This document shows, one piece after another, positions 63,097 through 64,000 of a stretch of 64,000 nucleotides of DNA. The notes beneath the pieces were generated by a model. It worked only from the letters and a program-made list of their open reading frames with translations. It made no database searches and had not been told where the DNA came from. Made by a program: the position numbers and the translations under genes. Origin of the DNA: Adineta vaga (lineage: Eukaryota > Animalia > Rotifera); contig CP075494.1 of assembly GCA_021613535.1 (NCBI GenBank), positions 4,526,001-4,590,000 of the forward strand, written 5' to 3'. Every line of letters begins with the position of its first letter. The stretch's first letter is position 1.

Positions 63097-64000
63097 TAAA
63101 TGACTTCCACTGCATTCAATTTCTATAATATTTGTTTTCTAATAAAGTTCTATTAAAGATAAAAAATGACATATATTAAATTCCTGTTCGCATAATTAAA
63201 TTTTAACTTTTAAAAGAGCATAAGATGTCCTGAATAATGTCTTCTAACTATTTTCTCTACTCTTATCTGTGATGAATTGAAATGAGAATTAATTATGACT
63301 TTCATGTAAGTAAAGAGGAAACAGTATGCTCTCAGAAGGATTCTCAAACGAGAAAAAAAAGTTAAACATAGATACAAAGGTAAAAGATGAATAAAAAACG
63401 AATGACCAATTATAATCATGTAAGAATAACTATCTTGTATTCATTTGAATTATGACTTTGTACGAATGCATATTTGAATATGAAGCCATATGTATCAACA
63501 AGTAAATCTGTGAGTACAGATAATTAGAAAAAAAGGAAAGAAAATGGAATTTGAAAATACTTTCTTATAAGCTTTCGCCGAAGGATCCTACTGACGCATG
63601 TCAAAAAATGATAACAGATATTAATAATCGTGTTGTTGCATCTTTTGCAACTTTTTCTCTCATTTTTCTTTGATCTTTGAACTTGCTATAATTTTAAATT
63701 GTAAGAATCAATCGTCTGTGTACTCTAGAAACTATATGGTTTACTTATAATCAAACGATTGTATTCTGATTGGGTCTATATATTCACTTCATCTTTCAAT
63801 ATTGCATATTGAATAACCATAGTCTTTTATTATAAAAAGTAATGATTGTAATCATAAAATTCGTTCAACAAAAGTTTTATAAAAAAAAAGGAAAGAAACA
63901 TAATCAAGCCATATCAAACTTACAGACCGCTTGTAATTTCTCAGTTCTATCAAAAATAGCATAAACTGTAACGTCGCCTTCGACAACAACTTCTTTATTG

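Overview
AT-rich (~30% GC by eye) eukaryotic genomic DNA with short (~45-60 nt) GT-AG introns. The gene content (NHL-repeat proteins, LDLa/EGF-7TM receptor, orphan class A GPCRs, F-box/LRR-like gene, several intron-poor genes of bacterial/fungal type) best fits a bdelloid rotifer; this is inference, not proven. The main result is a compact glycan-biosynthesis cluster at ~0.1-11 kb. It holds a GT61-like gene, an MBOAT pseudogene, a GT25 gene, a fused ColD-type GDP-sugar 3-dehydratase/GDP-fucose-synthase-like reductase, and, head-to-head with it, a GDP-sugar transporter fused to a GT-A glycosyltransferase. The reductase has lost both epimerase catalytic residues. The cluster looks like a make-import-transfer module for a GDP-3,6-dideoxyhexose (tyvelose- or colitose-type) in an animal. 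A solo LTR with a 5-bp TSD sits exactly before the ancestral stop codon of the transporter-GT gene. The rest of the window holds a C/EBP-like bZIP gene, linalool dehydratase-like, beta-lactamase-like and HAD genes, three alpha-carbonic anhydrases, a TRPA-like channel, a pepsin-family protease, SLC13, XPR1, an LPMO-like/ependymin-like fusion and two duplicated tRNA-iMet-like genes. Several genes carry single frameshifts that may be assembly errors. All family assignments come from motif recognition by eye; no searches were run.
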